A program made the position numbers and the translations under genes. DNA of 64,000 bases from Eukaryota sp. TZLM1-RC (Eukaryota > Protista > Metamonada: BaSk clade), in assembly GCA_040285825.1 (NCBI GenBank), contig JAUPSS010000004.1, positions 434,001 through 498,000 on the forward strand, in the 5' to 3' direction. Shown in pieces: positions 1 to 12,775 of this stretch. Numbering within the stretch: position 1 is the stretch's first letter; each line of letters starts with the position of its first letter. Below the pieces are notes generated by a model. The model was not told the DNA's origin, did not search any database, and saw only the letters and a program-made list of their open reading frames with translations.

Positions 1-1985
1 ATGGCGTGTGGTTTGTTATTGAGCTCTTAGAAGAGTTGATCAAAAATTGTACATAAGGCAAATTTTTGGACCACAGGTCGTAGGCGTTGAAGTCTACGAG
101 CAATCTCAGCAGGTTTTGCAGGATGTCCTTGTTTCGGCGTTCTACCATGCTGTTGGGCTGAAAAAATTCTGGGAATTGTCTTTGACACCTTTATGCCCAA
201 AAATTTGCTCAATTCGTCGAAGACAGCCTTGGAAAATTCGGGTCCATTATCACTGTGTATTTGAAATGGGATGCGAAAAATGGCACTGACTGTCAAAATT
301 GATGCATCTGCAGTAAAATTGGCATTTATTGCTTTTAAAGTGACAATAATCGTGAACCTAGAGAAGCTGTCAATCAATACAAGGATGTGTTTGTGGCCTT
401 TTGGATCTTCTTGAAGAGGACCAATGACGTCGTCGTTGACACGAGCTAAGGCTTTGTCAGCCTACAATAAACCGGATGGGGGATCGTGCAGTTTGGGAAC
501 TGGCTTAGTTTTCTGACAGGAGTGCCATTCGTTGACGTGCTTGTTCATGTCAGTGAGCATGTTTGGCCACCAATAATCACTGTTTCTGTGCTTGTTCAGG
601 CATTCAGTTTTGCTTTGGTGGTCTTTTTGCAAAGGTCTGTGCAACAAGTTGAAGGTGTCCTTAATAAGTGATTAGGGAATCACAATTTTGTTGTGAGTCA
701 TATATAAATCAAGATCATTATTATGCACACAGTTGTTGAAAAAGTGGTCTTTGGAAACTATGGCAAGCTTCTGTTTGAACTTATCCTACAAAGCCATGGT
801 TCAAAAATAAGAAGGTCGTTGGAACAACGTTCTTTGAGGACCATGATGATGTGTTCAAGTCTTCAATATAGTATCTTTCCTTTTCAGTTCCATCAATTTT
901 ATCTACGTTAAACATTGAATGGAAATTTGAAGACGTTTGATGGTACAAATGATTGATCTCATGATGGTTCGTAGGCAAAAATATTCTAGACGACATGTTT
1001 GCATGAACAATATAGCATAGAGTTCCTTTTGGTTAGTTAAACCAGTTCTTTTGACTGTTTGATAACAAACAATTGAAGAAACTGATTGGCCTACACTTTT
1101 GGTTGATTAAAGGTGCACCGGGGTCTTTGACAGGTTCAGTTTGACTCCGAATGACTCCACCAACAGCGATATAGGATGCATCGCAACTTATCAGAACTTG
1201 ATTTTTCAATGGAGGTAAGTTGAGAGGCATGTGCATTGCTATCAATTGTTTGATCTGAGTCAGGAGTTTATAGTGCATGTCGGTCCATTGAAGGCGTTGT
1301 GTTCTGCGTTTGGATTTAACGTTTTCGTTGTTCCCCTCCTCATTCTGAATCAGTTTGATGATAAGAGCAATGAGCTCAAATACATGTAGCAGCCATTTTT
1401 TGACAAAGTTGACTGATTCTACAGGGTTGCCGACGTCCTTCACCGACTTTGGTCTAGCAAGATTCAACAAAGATTCGGTCTAAGTAGGATCTATTGTCCT
1501 TGTTTTGTTCTGAAAAACACTGCCCAATATCTTTATTGGGTGTTTAGACGACACGAGGTGGCGCTTTGCAAATCCCAAGGATACTTTTTCGGATCTTGCT
1601 TGCTCAAGGTTATGCTTGAGGTGGTCGTGGAATTCGTCAAAGGTTGTACCTATGGCTATTTTGGCATCTATGCAAATGAATAATCTTTCTTCAGAGAAGT
1701 TGTCAGTCATGACGTTTTGGAAATCAACAGGGAAATTCTTGAGGCCGTAAGCTGCACGTTTGACCATGATGCTTTTGCAGGGAATGTTCAGGACTGTTTT
1801 CTGCCAGTCCTTTTTAGCATTCTTCAGTTCCCAAAAAAACTTTGGAAAGATCAAAAGTGGCTATATAGTTCGCTTGGGAGAGAAAAAATAGCACATTCGT
1901 TCAACAGGGGCTCAACAGAAATTATGTTGGCGTTAACTCCTTTGTCGTTCATAAAGGTGATGTATCCAGTAGACAGAATGCGTTT
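1..1985 (-). mobile_element. Degenerate Ty3/Gypsy pol fragment (RT, RNase H, integrase); same family as the intact element at 42408-49809
   Basis: ORF pieces KRAAYGLKN, ISCDAS, YWWPNM..CQKTKP and IHSDNGPEF are colinear with 43250-45420, but have many stops, frameshifts and internal deletions. Confidence 0.92.
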
Positions 1986-2099
1986 CAAGTCAATGATCCC
2001 AATGCTAATGTACTTGCTGTGAATGGTGATAAAGTTCCCTTCTTGGTGGAAAAGAAATAGAAAAGAAATAGTTTACATTGATTTACTGTCCTATATATA

Positions 2100-2700
2100 T
2101 AGGTTTGCTCACTGGGAGAAAGTTGATCTTTTGCTTTAAGAGATGATTATTCACATTTTCTATCATTATGTCTAGTTTATAATGTTTTGATTTCAATAAA
2201 TTTGTTTGTATTTTTGACTTCTGAATTAATGAAATGTTCGTTAGAAGGATTACGAGGGTGTATGGACATAGTATCTAAAATGGTAAAACTACCATTTAAG
2301 CTGAGAACAACCATATCACCTCTTGTCAGACCCATAGAAGTTCTTTTGTAGCGCGTACTATCAATATTAGAGCCATCCAGAATTACTTTTGATTGCAAAA
2401 CCTCTGAAAAGAAATCTACTCGATATAATTCGGACATGACGAAATAATACAATTACAATATTGCAAAACATAATTGTTCTACAAAATCATTATTTTCCAT
2501 CTTGTGTTAAAAAGCAATGACGATTTGTACTTCCAGGATGAGGAAGCTATATGAACGTACATCAACAGCGCCTTTAAAAACCTTCAAATGTCCTATGTAG
2601 ATTTCGTGACCGCTATAAAATGATTTCAATTTCAATTCTCTCAATACTGTTTTTAGACCATCTTTGGTTTTTTCTTAAACCTTAAATAAATGATCCAAAT
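2100..2700 (-). mobile_element. Non-LTR (RLE-type) retrotransposon 3' remnant
   Basis: TRGDMVVLSLNGSFTILDTMSIHP resembles the RGD..D restriction-like endonuclease motif seen in the other copies. Confidence 0.6.
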
Positions 2701-2915
2701 TTTGTATGCCAAGACCAATTCCCAATAAACTGAATGATCACATTATTAACCCCTTTAAAAAGTACCCAAGCCCAATTGCGTTGCAGATGACCAATATGAT
2801 GGCTGCAAAATCTTTGACACTGTTGGTAGTAACTGAATACACAATGACGATATTTGCATCAGAAATTATGCCATGAAGATCAAATGCATTAGTCTGGGTA
2901 GAGATCATTGGTCCT

Positions 2916-3900
2916 TCAACTGAGAGAAAGCAAAGCATCAGAAACCAACTTCAACAACCATTGAAAAATTGAAAACATAATTCTATTTTGCCAAAACGAT
3001 TTGTTGAAATTTTTGTTAATTCTTCTCTTTACACTCATTTCAAAATCTTCCAAAGAACATAAAGCCGTTGGTGCAAGTGAAGCAAAAGGAGAAAATACAA
3101 ATATACACAAAAAGTATTTTGCATGCTGTTGGCCGGACAATTTCAACAAAGCTTCATTGTGTTTTTTGATTTTGAAATTTTCAGCACTGGAAAAAGGATT
3201 ATGAATTTCAGAATTAGCAAGCCTTTTTTTGAGGCATCACAAGGATCAACAGACATTACGTCCAATCAAATGAAGCTTCCATCTAATCCAGGTAATTTGA
3301 CATCACCTCTTGTATTCTTATAAAAATCATCTTCAGTATCAAACAGATTTGACAACAGAGACTATGAGACTTACACATACAATAAAATTAGTCTCTTACA
3401 GCATCATGAACCTTGCTTCTAAAAGTAATAAAGTGTTTACAATTTAACAAATGAGTAATTGAAATTTTTCGAGAACAATTACACATTAAATTATGAGTAA
3501 ATTAATCAGGCCAAATAAGGGTAAGAAATCTCATATTCAAAGTCCAAGCAAAATCAGTTATGAGAGTACCATAAATTTGAAGGATTGTTGTTACTAAGGC
3601 ATAAGATGTACTATCACACATATTTTGTAAAAGATTTGAAAAAGCGGGTTTCTTTTTCTTGGACATGCCATGTCTAACATCAAATTCCAAGCTTTGAAAA
3701 ATCTTTGACAATTTTTGTTGAAACTTAAAAGAATTAAAAAGAGATCGGTTCGTAATTTCCTGAATTGATTGGCGAAAACATTTAGTTCAAATTTGTGGTG
3801 GCAATCTATCGAGTTCCCCAGATAACTCATGCAAATATGGACTGCAATTGGAATTTACCAAAATTAACCAACAGAAGAATGTTAATTAGAAACTAATTCC
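2916..3900 (-). mobile_element. Non-LTR RLE remnant ('LANSEIHNP' family)
   Basis: Homologous to 49811-50630 and 15120-15590; FWQNRIMFSIF terminus. Confidence 0.8.
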
Positions 3901-3904
3901 ATTC

Positions 3905-4400
3905 CCTTATAAATAGAACAATTTGGTTTTGCAAGTAAACACGATGAAAATTCTCCCAGTCTTTTTGTTGACAACTACATTCAAATACTCAAGGAAAACC
4001 AAAGCAGCCTTATCCCTACGATACGAACAGGGAACAAACAAGGGGACATAAATATCATTGGACATGAGCGTTTTTTCATTGACAGTACAAATGGAATTCG
4101 GCAAGTTATCAATTTTGTATTTTTCATCAGCACGGACAAGAAAAGAGTCCACAAAGAGAAGGAATTTGAGTTACCTAAGCAGCAGAAGAACTATTACAAA
4201 CGACTGGTAATATTTGCGAAAGCGGTATTTTGAGTTTTGACCAAGCCAAGACTTACTTCATGACCCAAGCTTTCGCAGTAATAGATCTTGTTGATAATTT
4301 GGAAAAAACACGGAATACCATTGTTAATGGACAAATTACCTTATTCAAATCGAATTGGATTTAGGCAAAAATTAGATTCACTCAATAATTTAGAAAATGT
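3905..4400 (-). mobile_element. Non-LTR RLE 3' remnant (second family)
   Basis: EKYKI..YVPLFVP..AALVFLE..VNKKTGRIF; homologous to 33730-34070. Confidence 0.65.
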
Positions 4401-4816
4401 AAATCATATTTTAAAATCTTGACCCCTATGATGCTTTTCATATTGTTTAAGGAAATGCCAAGATTGATGTAAATAATGACGACTTTCCTGAACTTTGCGA
4501 TCAATTTCTTTCCATCGCAGTTAAAACAATAATTTAACATAGAATTCATTTGTTCCACAATCAGTTTCTGCTGCGCAGCAAGATCGCGATCAATCCTCTG
4601 TTCCTTGGTTTATTCAATTGTTTTAATCATACAATTGAATATCATCATGCAAAAATCCCTTCTTAGATGTGTATTTAGATTGTCTCTATTAAATTTGCAA
4701 TTCAATAAAGGATTCAAAATAATTATCCACCACAACAACAAATCAAATCATTTGTCAATCTCATTGTGGTGTGATTTTCCTCATTTCCCACATTTTCTTG
4801 AAACAAACACATTTTC

Positions 4817-7048
4817 ATGGAGTTCGGCTACAGTCAGAATAACTGTTCTCTCCAGGATCAATCTATCTCTTTATGTTGTCCCACGAACCCTCTTCCCCAG
4901 CTCATACCTGATTCTGTGGACACACATCAATCAAAATGCCCAGGAACAGTAGATAATGTTTCTTACATAAGCTTTCCTGACTTTGCTCCAGTCTTTCCCA
5001 ACCATCATCATTCGTCACAGTGTGCCCATTCTTTTTCCAATTTTGTCAATCGCGAGTCAGGGGTTAAGTGTGTTTCTGTTGGTGATGGACACACACTTCT
5101 CCTCACCTATTCTGGTGAGGTTTATAGCTGGGGGTGTAATGATGTAGGTCAAGTTCTTTTTGGTGGACCTAGAAACATCACGTCACCAATCAAACTTCCT
5201 TTATCCAACATTGTCACCATTTCTGCTGGATATAAAAACTCTTTTGCCGTCTCTGTTGGAGGTCAGTTGCATTATTGGGGGAGGTATCATGACAGCAACA
5301 TCAATGTAGAAAGTTCTTCCAATAAGTGGAATGAATCATCACTGTTTTTGACTTTGAACTCCCCGTATAATATTAAGGAGCTTTATGCTGGTCGTAAGCT
5401 CTCCTTTGCTTTAACGTACGAAGGCCAAGTTGTTAAGTGGTCAGAATGTCAACCATTGGAACTGATTGAAGGCATAAGTAATGTTATTTTCATTTCTGTT
5501 TCTGATGAATCTTTTGTTGCAATTGATGGAAATAGTGATTTTTTTCTTTTCCACAGGAACAGGGTTGTTAATAACTCTGTATCTGTTACAAAATTACCAG
5601 TCACCCAGCATATAACCCCTAAAAAGTCATCCGAATGTTCATTTTTGTTTGATCGTGGTTGTCTTTTTGTTATCGATATCAATGGTGATGTTTGGCAGTT
5701 TGCTTGTGGTCCCAGTACTTTTTTGGAACCAACCAAAATAGAGAAATTGTCTCATGTGATTTGTATTTGTGGATACGAATATTACGAATATGATTCTGTT
5801 TACGCTGCTTTAGATCTCAATGGTAAGGTTTTTGTCTGGGGCTGGTTGTGCAAAATGAGTGACTTTTATGAAAATCAGCGGGAGCCTAGATGTATTGAAG
5901 CTTTCACTAATATAGAAGGTATTTCAGTAGGTGATGACTTCCTTCTCGCCTATAACAAAAACACTGTTTGGGCTTGGGGAAGGAACGATAAAGGTCAATT
6001 AGGTACAGGTGATTTGATTGATCGACCACAACCTGTCAAAGTATTAGGGTCTGAAATACTTGGCGCTTTTCATTATCCAAAACAACCGTTGGATAGAATG
6101 TTTAGTGGTCTTATTAAGCTTGTTTATTGGGAATTTTTAGGGTATTTGCAGAAGCTCTTTGGTAATCATTCATATGTTAAAGCAAGATTTTACACCAAAT
6201 GTGGTATTAGTAAAAGAGTAGCTCAATGTGCCCAAGAAGTCTTCAATGATCATCCAATTCAACGCAATCTTTTGTTAAAAAATCCTCAAGATTTAGATTT
6301 AAATGAAAATATTTGTGATTTACAATTGCGATTATCTACTGATTATAATGGTCCTAAAGTAATTAATAATAGAATTAAAAAACTTGATTTGTACTATGGT
6401 AAGGTTCGTTATAATCCACAATTATTATTTTTGTTCCCAAATGTTGAGGTTTTAACACTTGGTCAAAGATCAATTCCTCAGCCAATTTTTTCATTAGACG
6501 TGGCACATTTGTCAAATCTTCACACTTTAGAACTCAATTGTCCCTTTGTCGCCCAACAGTTACCCACTTCACTAGTGAAGATATCGCTCAATCATTGTCA
6601 CTTTTGGGTTAATGATTTAAGCTATCTTACATCATTAAAAGAATTGGTGGTATTATCTTGTGATATTTCAGATCAAATATTGGAAGGAAAGTTAGCTTTA
6701 CCTCCGTCCTTAATTTCATTAGCTATATTAAGCCCAGTGAATATTCAAGTATCATTTCCAAGATTAAAGGAGTTAGTAATTCGGGATCTTTACAATGAAC
6801 TTAATGGTGCAACTGAACAAAACTTTCCTTGTTTAAAATTTATTCAATTGATTAAACCTGAAAAACACTGCCTGTTGGGTTCTCCATTAGCTCCAACAAA
6901 GTTCATTAATCATGGTTTAATTAAATCTATTAAATTATTCAAGAATGAATATTTAGTTGAATTATCTTGTTTTCCATGGTTTATTTTGTATCCAACTGAA
7001 AGCTATTTGGTTGATATTTTTTGCGAATATTTAGATCAAAATGAATAA
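4817..7048 (+). CDS. RCC1-repeat protein with C-terminal LRR-like region (743 aa)
   Basis: RCC1 motifs VSVGDGHTLLLTYSGEVYSWGCNDVGQV and ISVGDDFLLAYNKNTVWAWGRNDKGQLGTGD; C-terminal LxxLxxLxL repeats (LSNLHTLEL, LTSLKELVV, FPRLKELVI). Confidence 0.85.
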   Translation: MEFGYSQNNCSLQDQSISLCCPTNPLPQLIPDSVDTHQSKCPGTVDNVSYISFPDFAPVFPNHHHSSQCAHSFSNFVNRESGVKCVSVGDGHTLLLTYSGEVYSWGCNDVGQVLFGGPRNITSPIKLPLSNIVTISAGYKNSFAVSVGGQLHYWGRYHDSNINVESSSNKWNESSLFLTLNSPYNIKELYAGRKLSFALTYEGQVVKWSECQPLELIEGISNVIFISVSDESFVAIDGNSDFFLFHRNRVVNNSVSVTKLPVTQHITPKKSSECSFLFDRGCLFVIDINGDVWQFACGPSTFLEPTKIEKLSHVICICGYEYYEYDSVYAALDLNGKVFVWGWLCKMSDFYENQREPRCIEAFTNIEGISVGDDFLLAYNKNTVWAWGRNDKGQLGTGDLIDRPQPVKVLGSEILGAFHYPKQPLDRMFSGLIKLVYWEFLGYLQKLFGNHSYVKARFYTKCGISKRVAQCAQEVFNDHPIQRNLLLKNPQDLDLNENICDLQLRLSTDYNGPKVINNRIKKLDLYYGKVRYNPQLLFLFPNVEVLTLGQRSIPQPIFSLDVAHLSNLHTLELNCPFVAQQLPTSLVKISLNHCHFWVNDLSYLTSLKELVVLSCDISDQILEGKLALPPSLISLAILSPVNIQVSFPRLKELVIRDLYNELNGATEQNFPCLKFIQLIKPEKHCLLGSPLAPTKFINHGLIKSIKLFKNEYLVELSCFPWFILYPTESYLVDIFCEYLDQNE

Positions 7049-7169
7049 ATGATTAATAATTCTTCTTTGAAAGCACTTGAATCAGGAATTTTATTTATTT
7101 TTACTATTACTATTATATATTACTATTTTTTTCTTCCTTCCTCTACATAAAACCGTCTAACTTAAATCC

Positions 7170-9251
7170 TTGCGGAACCATGATCCTTGTTTTTATTCTT
7201 TCTTGTTGATGCCTGAACCAGTATCCGATACCAATGGAGTCAAAAGAAAGAATGATAGAAAACAAGATGTCGAAGACCTCTCCACCCCTCCTCCTCAACC
7301 TCTTCTCTCTTCAATTTGGGACAAAAAATTTCTGATGAAAATGAAGTTTGTTCAAAAACGAAGACACGCTCTTAGAGATGCTCAAATTGTCGACAACAAG
7401 GACATAATGCTCGAACCTGTCCCAGTGTTGGAAAAAATGATGTGGCAAATTCTGAAACAAAATGCAAAAGAAAACTTATTAGAAGAACAGAATCTAAGGA
7501 AAAACCAATAAATGAACCTCCATAAGTTGTTGCAAAACCAGCCAACGATCGAATCAAGCACAAAGTTTGCAACAATTGTGGCTCTTCTTTTAGGAAATAT
7601 GCAAAAGGTGAAACGGCTGGTCGATGATTGAAATGTCGAACAGTCTGATATTATGTATTCTCCGATACAAATACATAAAGCAATTCATTCCTCAAAATGT
7701 AGTGAATTTGCTATAATTTTAAAAGAAAAACCTTTTTTTTTCAATACCTTTGGGAATTTTTTGGTTCTGATTGTGCTCCTCTTGAACAAAATATCGTAAA
7801 TAATTCTTAAAATTTAACTAATATAGCACCGAGAAAACAGTCATCTAAGAATATGAGTAAAAATTTTGAAGACAAATGCGTTGATAACAAATGGTCTAGG
7901 GCTTTGTCCGCTTTAAGTCCCGGAGTTAAAGCTCCCAGAAAATACTTCATCCATTGGAAGACCCAATAATGGATAAAAATTTTGAACGGAACTTATTGGG
8001 AAACTTATCCATTGATAACAACAGAGGTATTTTCGGTGATAAAAAAGAGACCACGCGGTAAGTCTGCCGGACTTTCTGGTATTTCTATTGATCATGTAAA
8101 AGCCGCAATTATTTCTTCAGAGGATGGTCTTGTTCTATTGACCAAATTTTCCAATAGAATATTGACTGGTCAACTCAAATATCCAGAAGAATTAAGAAGT
8201 TCTCGTTTGACTGCACTTGTCAAGAATTCAAAAATGGATTTTCGTCTTATTGCAGTCTCTGAGAGCTCACAAAATAATTTTTCTGCTTGCTGCTTCAGCA
8301 GGTATGATGAGAAAGCAAAAAAATTTTTATTACCCTTTCAATATGGAATTAATACCACTGATGGAGTCTCTTCAGCGAAATTTGCTACTGATGTTTTATT
8401 TCGCCAAAATGAATCCAATGTTTGTATGTCATTGGACTTCAGTAATGCATGCAATTCACTCAGTTGTCGCAGTATCCATGGTTCTCTATTGCAATATATG
8501 CCGGAATAAATGCCGTATTTTCAATCAACATATAGCAAAAATTCTAATTTTCATTTTGGTAATTCCATTTTGGCTTCATCAAGTGGTGTAAAACAAGAAG
8601 ATCCGTTAGGACCTCTTTTGTTTTGTTTGGCCATTCATCATATTTTATTGCAAATTCAAGAGATGTTTCCTTCACTAAAAATGATTGCATATATGGATGA
8701 TGTTGTGATTATTGGTGATTTAAATATTGTGAAACAAGCAATTGTATGTTTTAAAGAATTATTTACCAAAATTGGTCTCCGACTTAATTTACTTAAATGT
8801 GTTTTGTTATCGAATTCTCCAGTTTCCACAATAGTTGATGGTATTGAAATTCAAGCCAAATTATATTCAATTGATACTATTCGTCATTTGGGTTCGTTTT
8901 TAGGAAATAATGATGAAATTACCAAAAAATTGTCTGAAAGGTTGAACTCAATATCCGATAAAAGTGACCGAATGATGACTTTAGATATACAGAAACACAT
9001 CAAATTTACCATTATAAGACTGTGTTTTAGTTCCAATTTTAATCATATATTTCGATCTAAAAATCCTCTTGTCACTAGGCCTTTGGCTCAGAAGTATAAT
9101 GAATAACGTGCAAAAGTTCTGTCTCAGTTACTGGCATGTAAAATTTTTCAAATTCCAGACCATGCTTACCTTAGTCCACATTATGGGGGTTTAGGGTGGA
9201 CGAAAGCGTCTATTCTTACCTCCTGCGCTTTTGTTGATGGATGCAGAAATG
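7170..9251 (+). mobile_element. Non-LTR retrotransposon family A, 5' half with RT (CRE-like clade), degenerate, cut at 9251 by a hAT insertion
   Basis: RT motifs RLTALVK..RLIAV, QYGI, SLDFSNA, GVKQEDPLGPLLF, AYMDDV; colinear with the minus-strand copy at 28440-29636. Confidence 0.92.
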
Positions 9252-10077
9252 TAGAGTTGGGCAAAGGTCGACTCGAAATTTCGAGTTGCGACTTCACTCG
9301 AACTTGACTCGAAATCTGGTATCAAATCTAGTTTTTGTTCAATGTATGTTTCCTTGAATAAAAGACGTTAACTTAAACACCGTCTTAATAAGCTTTCTGA
9401 GGGTTTTTCTTGCAGTGTTTGTCCTCTAAACACCAAAAAGAGTCATCAAATCCTGAATCACTATGGTGTGTATAAGTTTTTCTACGATGGGCGTGTCATT
9501 GAAGAGCGTCGTGTTTGTAATCATTGCCTTGAACAAACTTATGCCCTTTCAACATCAGTTTTTGTTCTTATTCCACACTACGCTGAGAAACACCTTAATT
9601 TTGACACCTCTCCCCCTGAAGCGGATCTACAACCTCAGCCAGCTGTCACCAATTACTTAGAACAATAATTTTCGTTTCAGTTGTCTCCTACACAAAAGCA
9701 TACGTTTGAAAATCTACTTGTGGATGTCTTCGCGTGTGACATTGTACCTTTTCGGCTGATAGAATCTCTTAGATTCATTTCTTTGTTCCGTTTTATTCTT
9801 GGTAAAAAGAATCAACTTATTAGTAGAAAAACATTGTAAGACGCATTCAGGACGCATATATTAGGAAAGCAGAAGTCTTGATAGACATGCTGAGATATGA
9901 AGCTGACAGTTTTACTACTGACTTATGGACTTCTCTTAACAATTTCCCGTTCATAAGTTTAACGGTTCATTTCATCACAGCCGCATTTGAACAAAAGTCC
10001 ATTGTGGCAGATATGAAAGCTTTTGCATATCCTCACAACACCGAAAGGATTGCTTTTATTATGAAAAAGATGCTGGA
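9252..10077 (+). mobile_element. hAT DNA transposon 5' fragment (left TIR, BED finger, transposase N-terminal part)
   Basis: Starts TAGAGTTGGGC exactly where homology to family A stops; subterminal ACTCGA repeats; BED finger VCNHC..HYAEKH; hAT motif FTTDLWTS..FISLTVHFI. Confidence 0.85.
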
Positions 10078-10700
10078 TAGGGTTGGGCACTGGGTTAACT
10101 TAGTCCGTTAACCTTCAACCAAACTAAGTTTTAATGCACTAAAGACTGAAATTTCTTTAGTCTAGTTTTAGTGCGACTAAGACATTTCATAGTTTAGCTT
10201 TAGCACATTATTTATTCAAAACCTAAGTTAACTTGCACTACACTAAAAACAATTAAACACATAAATTTCAAGTGATCTGATACTGCAAAATTCAGGAATA
10301 GGAGAAATCAGTTTCAACTTTAAAGACCATCGGTTGAATATATACACTTTGTACCCTTTCAACGATGTAATCAGGTGATAATTTCCCAAACCCCACCAAA
10401 TTACCCAGAACTGATTCACCAATCAAAGCATCGGATGATGATTACAACCACGAGCACTAGTGGTACTCAGATTGAGCTGACATCGCTTTGTCCTGGACAA
10501 ACATGGCATGGCCACAAACTTTTCTACGTCGCTGATGATAAAAAGTACTGCCGTCTGTGCCGAAAGCTCGCTCCAGTGTCAGTGAAAACTTCCCAATCGT
10601 CGCTTAAATACCATCTTCACAAGGACTCTTGTCAGTAACTGTGTCAACAATAATCAAACCCAGCTGACGTGATAATGATTTTATATGCAGCAATTCCAAG
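10078..10700 (+). mobile_element. Second hAT 5' fragment nested in the first
   Basis: Starts TAGGGTTGGGC; subterminal ACTTAG/ACTAAG repeats; BED finger YCRLCRK..SQSSLKYHL; right boundary uncertain. Confidence 0.7.
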
Positions 10701-10989
10701 GAATTGAAAAACATGAACAAATGTATTCATTATTGAATACGATTGTGTTAATTGTAACCATAATGTCATATGTATTAGGGATTTAAGAGGACCTTTAGTA
10801 CAGTTTAGATATTTTTACAATTAACTTGTCTCAATGACCTTGTAGATCAACATTTGGTGAAGAAAATCTTGGTTCAATGAATTTTGTCCTATTAATTATG
10901 AGTTTATTTCGTTAAGTGTGTTAATTTAATAAATGTTGATTATAGTAACTTCTTGAAACAATGGCGTAAATAATTGCATACCAGAAGTA

Positions 10990-12440
10990 CTTTTCATAAC
11001 AAATTTACTGCGTTTTTTGTTTTCTAGGATGTTTGTTAGGAAATGTTGATGCAATTACTTAAACTCTCAACGACATTGTTGCAAAAATTGATACTGAGCT
11101 TCAATTGATTTCTGAATTAGAAATTCAAAAACATATTTAATTTTTTATTTTAAAAATTTGTTACTCCGGAAAAATTACTCACTTGTTGAGGTCGACAGCA
11201 CCTTCATTGTCTATCGATCTTTGCCGATGATTTAATCAACTTCGTGCAACTTTCATTGCTTCCCTATTAGAAGTGAATCCTGAATAAATTCGAGCCCACT
11301 TGCTCTTTTCTTCACAATTTTGGTTGTGTTGGCTATACCAAATCTTCAATTCGTTGTCAAATAGCTTTTGTTGGTGGCGACAAAAAATTTATTCCTGAAT
11401 TTCTTAATCGTTTCCCTGTTCATTTGTTTAGTCCATCATTTTCAAAATATTTGTATGAACTTGATATTGCCATTAAAAAATTGCACCACAAATTTGGGGT
11501 CTATGTTTTCCCGACTCTGTTCAAGAGATTCCTCCACGAAATTTAGTTAATTTCAGGTATTGTGTGAAGAGGCTTCAACAAAAACTGACAGTAATATTTG
11601 AAGGCTTGGATTATGAAGTATGTCTTGGCATGGTCAAGCAAAAAATCCCGCTTTTGCAAATTTTTGATTGGATGTTTGCGATAGTTCTGCTTCTTGTTTA
11701 ATTAATCAAGTACCAAAAATTTATGGTTTGTTTCTCAATGACCCTTACTTTTTATTATCTATGCGTCTTCGATCTTTTAATTGGCCTGATAATCTTTCTC
11801 ATGGATTAATTTGTAAATGTGGAAAGTCTGTCACTCCCAACCATTTATTTAATTGTAATCGCTTTATTACTTCTAGAGATCAAAAGTGCATGATGCAGTT
11901 CGTGATCAGCTCTATCGTATGTTTAAGTCCTACAAGATTAAATCTTTTTTAGAACCTTTGCTTTCTAATCTGGCTGATGAATCTGACAGAAGTTCTTCTG
12001 GTGACAGCCGTGGTGATGTGCTAGTTCCCGGACTTGATGGATCAATGATCGATCATTATTGATGTCAGATATACTGATGTATCAAACAACTCAAATGAAA
12101 AACTGGCACTATCTTATAATTCACCTTTACCTAGAGCCGAAGAAGCGAAAATTATTGAATACACAGAAAAATGAATAATTTGAATAACTCAATACCTTCT
12201 TTGTCCTTTTGCTTTTTCTTTATTTGGAACCTTGGGTAAAACTGCGTTACCTATTGTCAAAAATAAAACTGGAAGCATAATGGACCGAACCTTTTGGTAA
12301 AACAGAATTGTATTTTCTATTTGTAAGGGCATGTATAACCTTGTTTCTAATTCGTTATTATCACTATGGAAGTTTAATGAAGAAAATGTTATAGGTAAGT
12401 TTTCAACAGTAGATGTGGAGCTTGATTTTAATTTTTTTTA
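10990..12440 (+). mobile_element. Non-LTR RLE remnant, family B
   Basis: CKCGK..HLFNC..HDAVRD zinc knuckle and RGDV..IIDV endonuclease; near-identical to 34180-35200. Confidence 0.85.
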
Positions 12441-12775
12441 CAATTGTGTTTGAATATACTATGTATAAAACAAACATCATCAAACCTCTTCAGTTCACTT
12501 CTCCCATGCTCTATTAAATAAAATTATCTCTATCTTTTACCCGTCTCACATGCTAACACATTATAACATTCAGCTGGTGCATATGCCTTACAGCAACACT
12601 ACTGTGATCTCAAATAATAAGATCAAAATAGTGGAACAAGATTTTCATAGTCTACAGTCCACAAAAAAATGAGTTAGAGAATGGACATTTAAATTAAGAA
12701 ATTTCTTTCTGATCAAGAAAGAATGTGCTTTTCATCCGGCTGAAGGTAACAAGCATTGAGAAAACAATAGATGAA

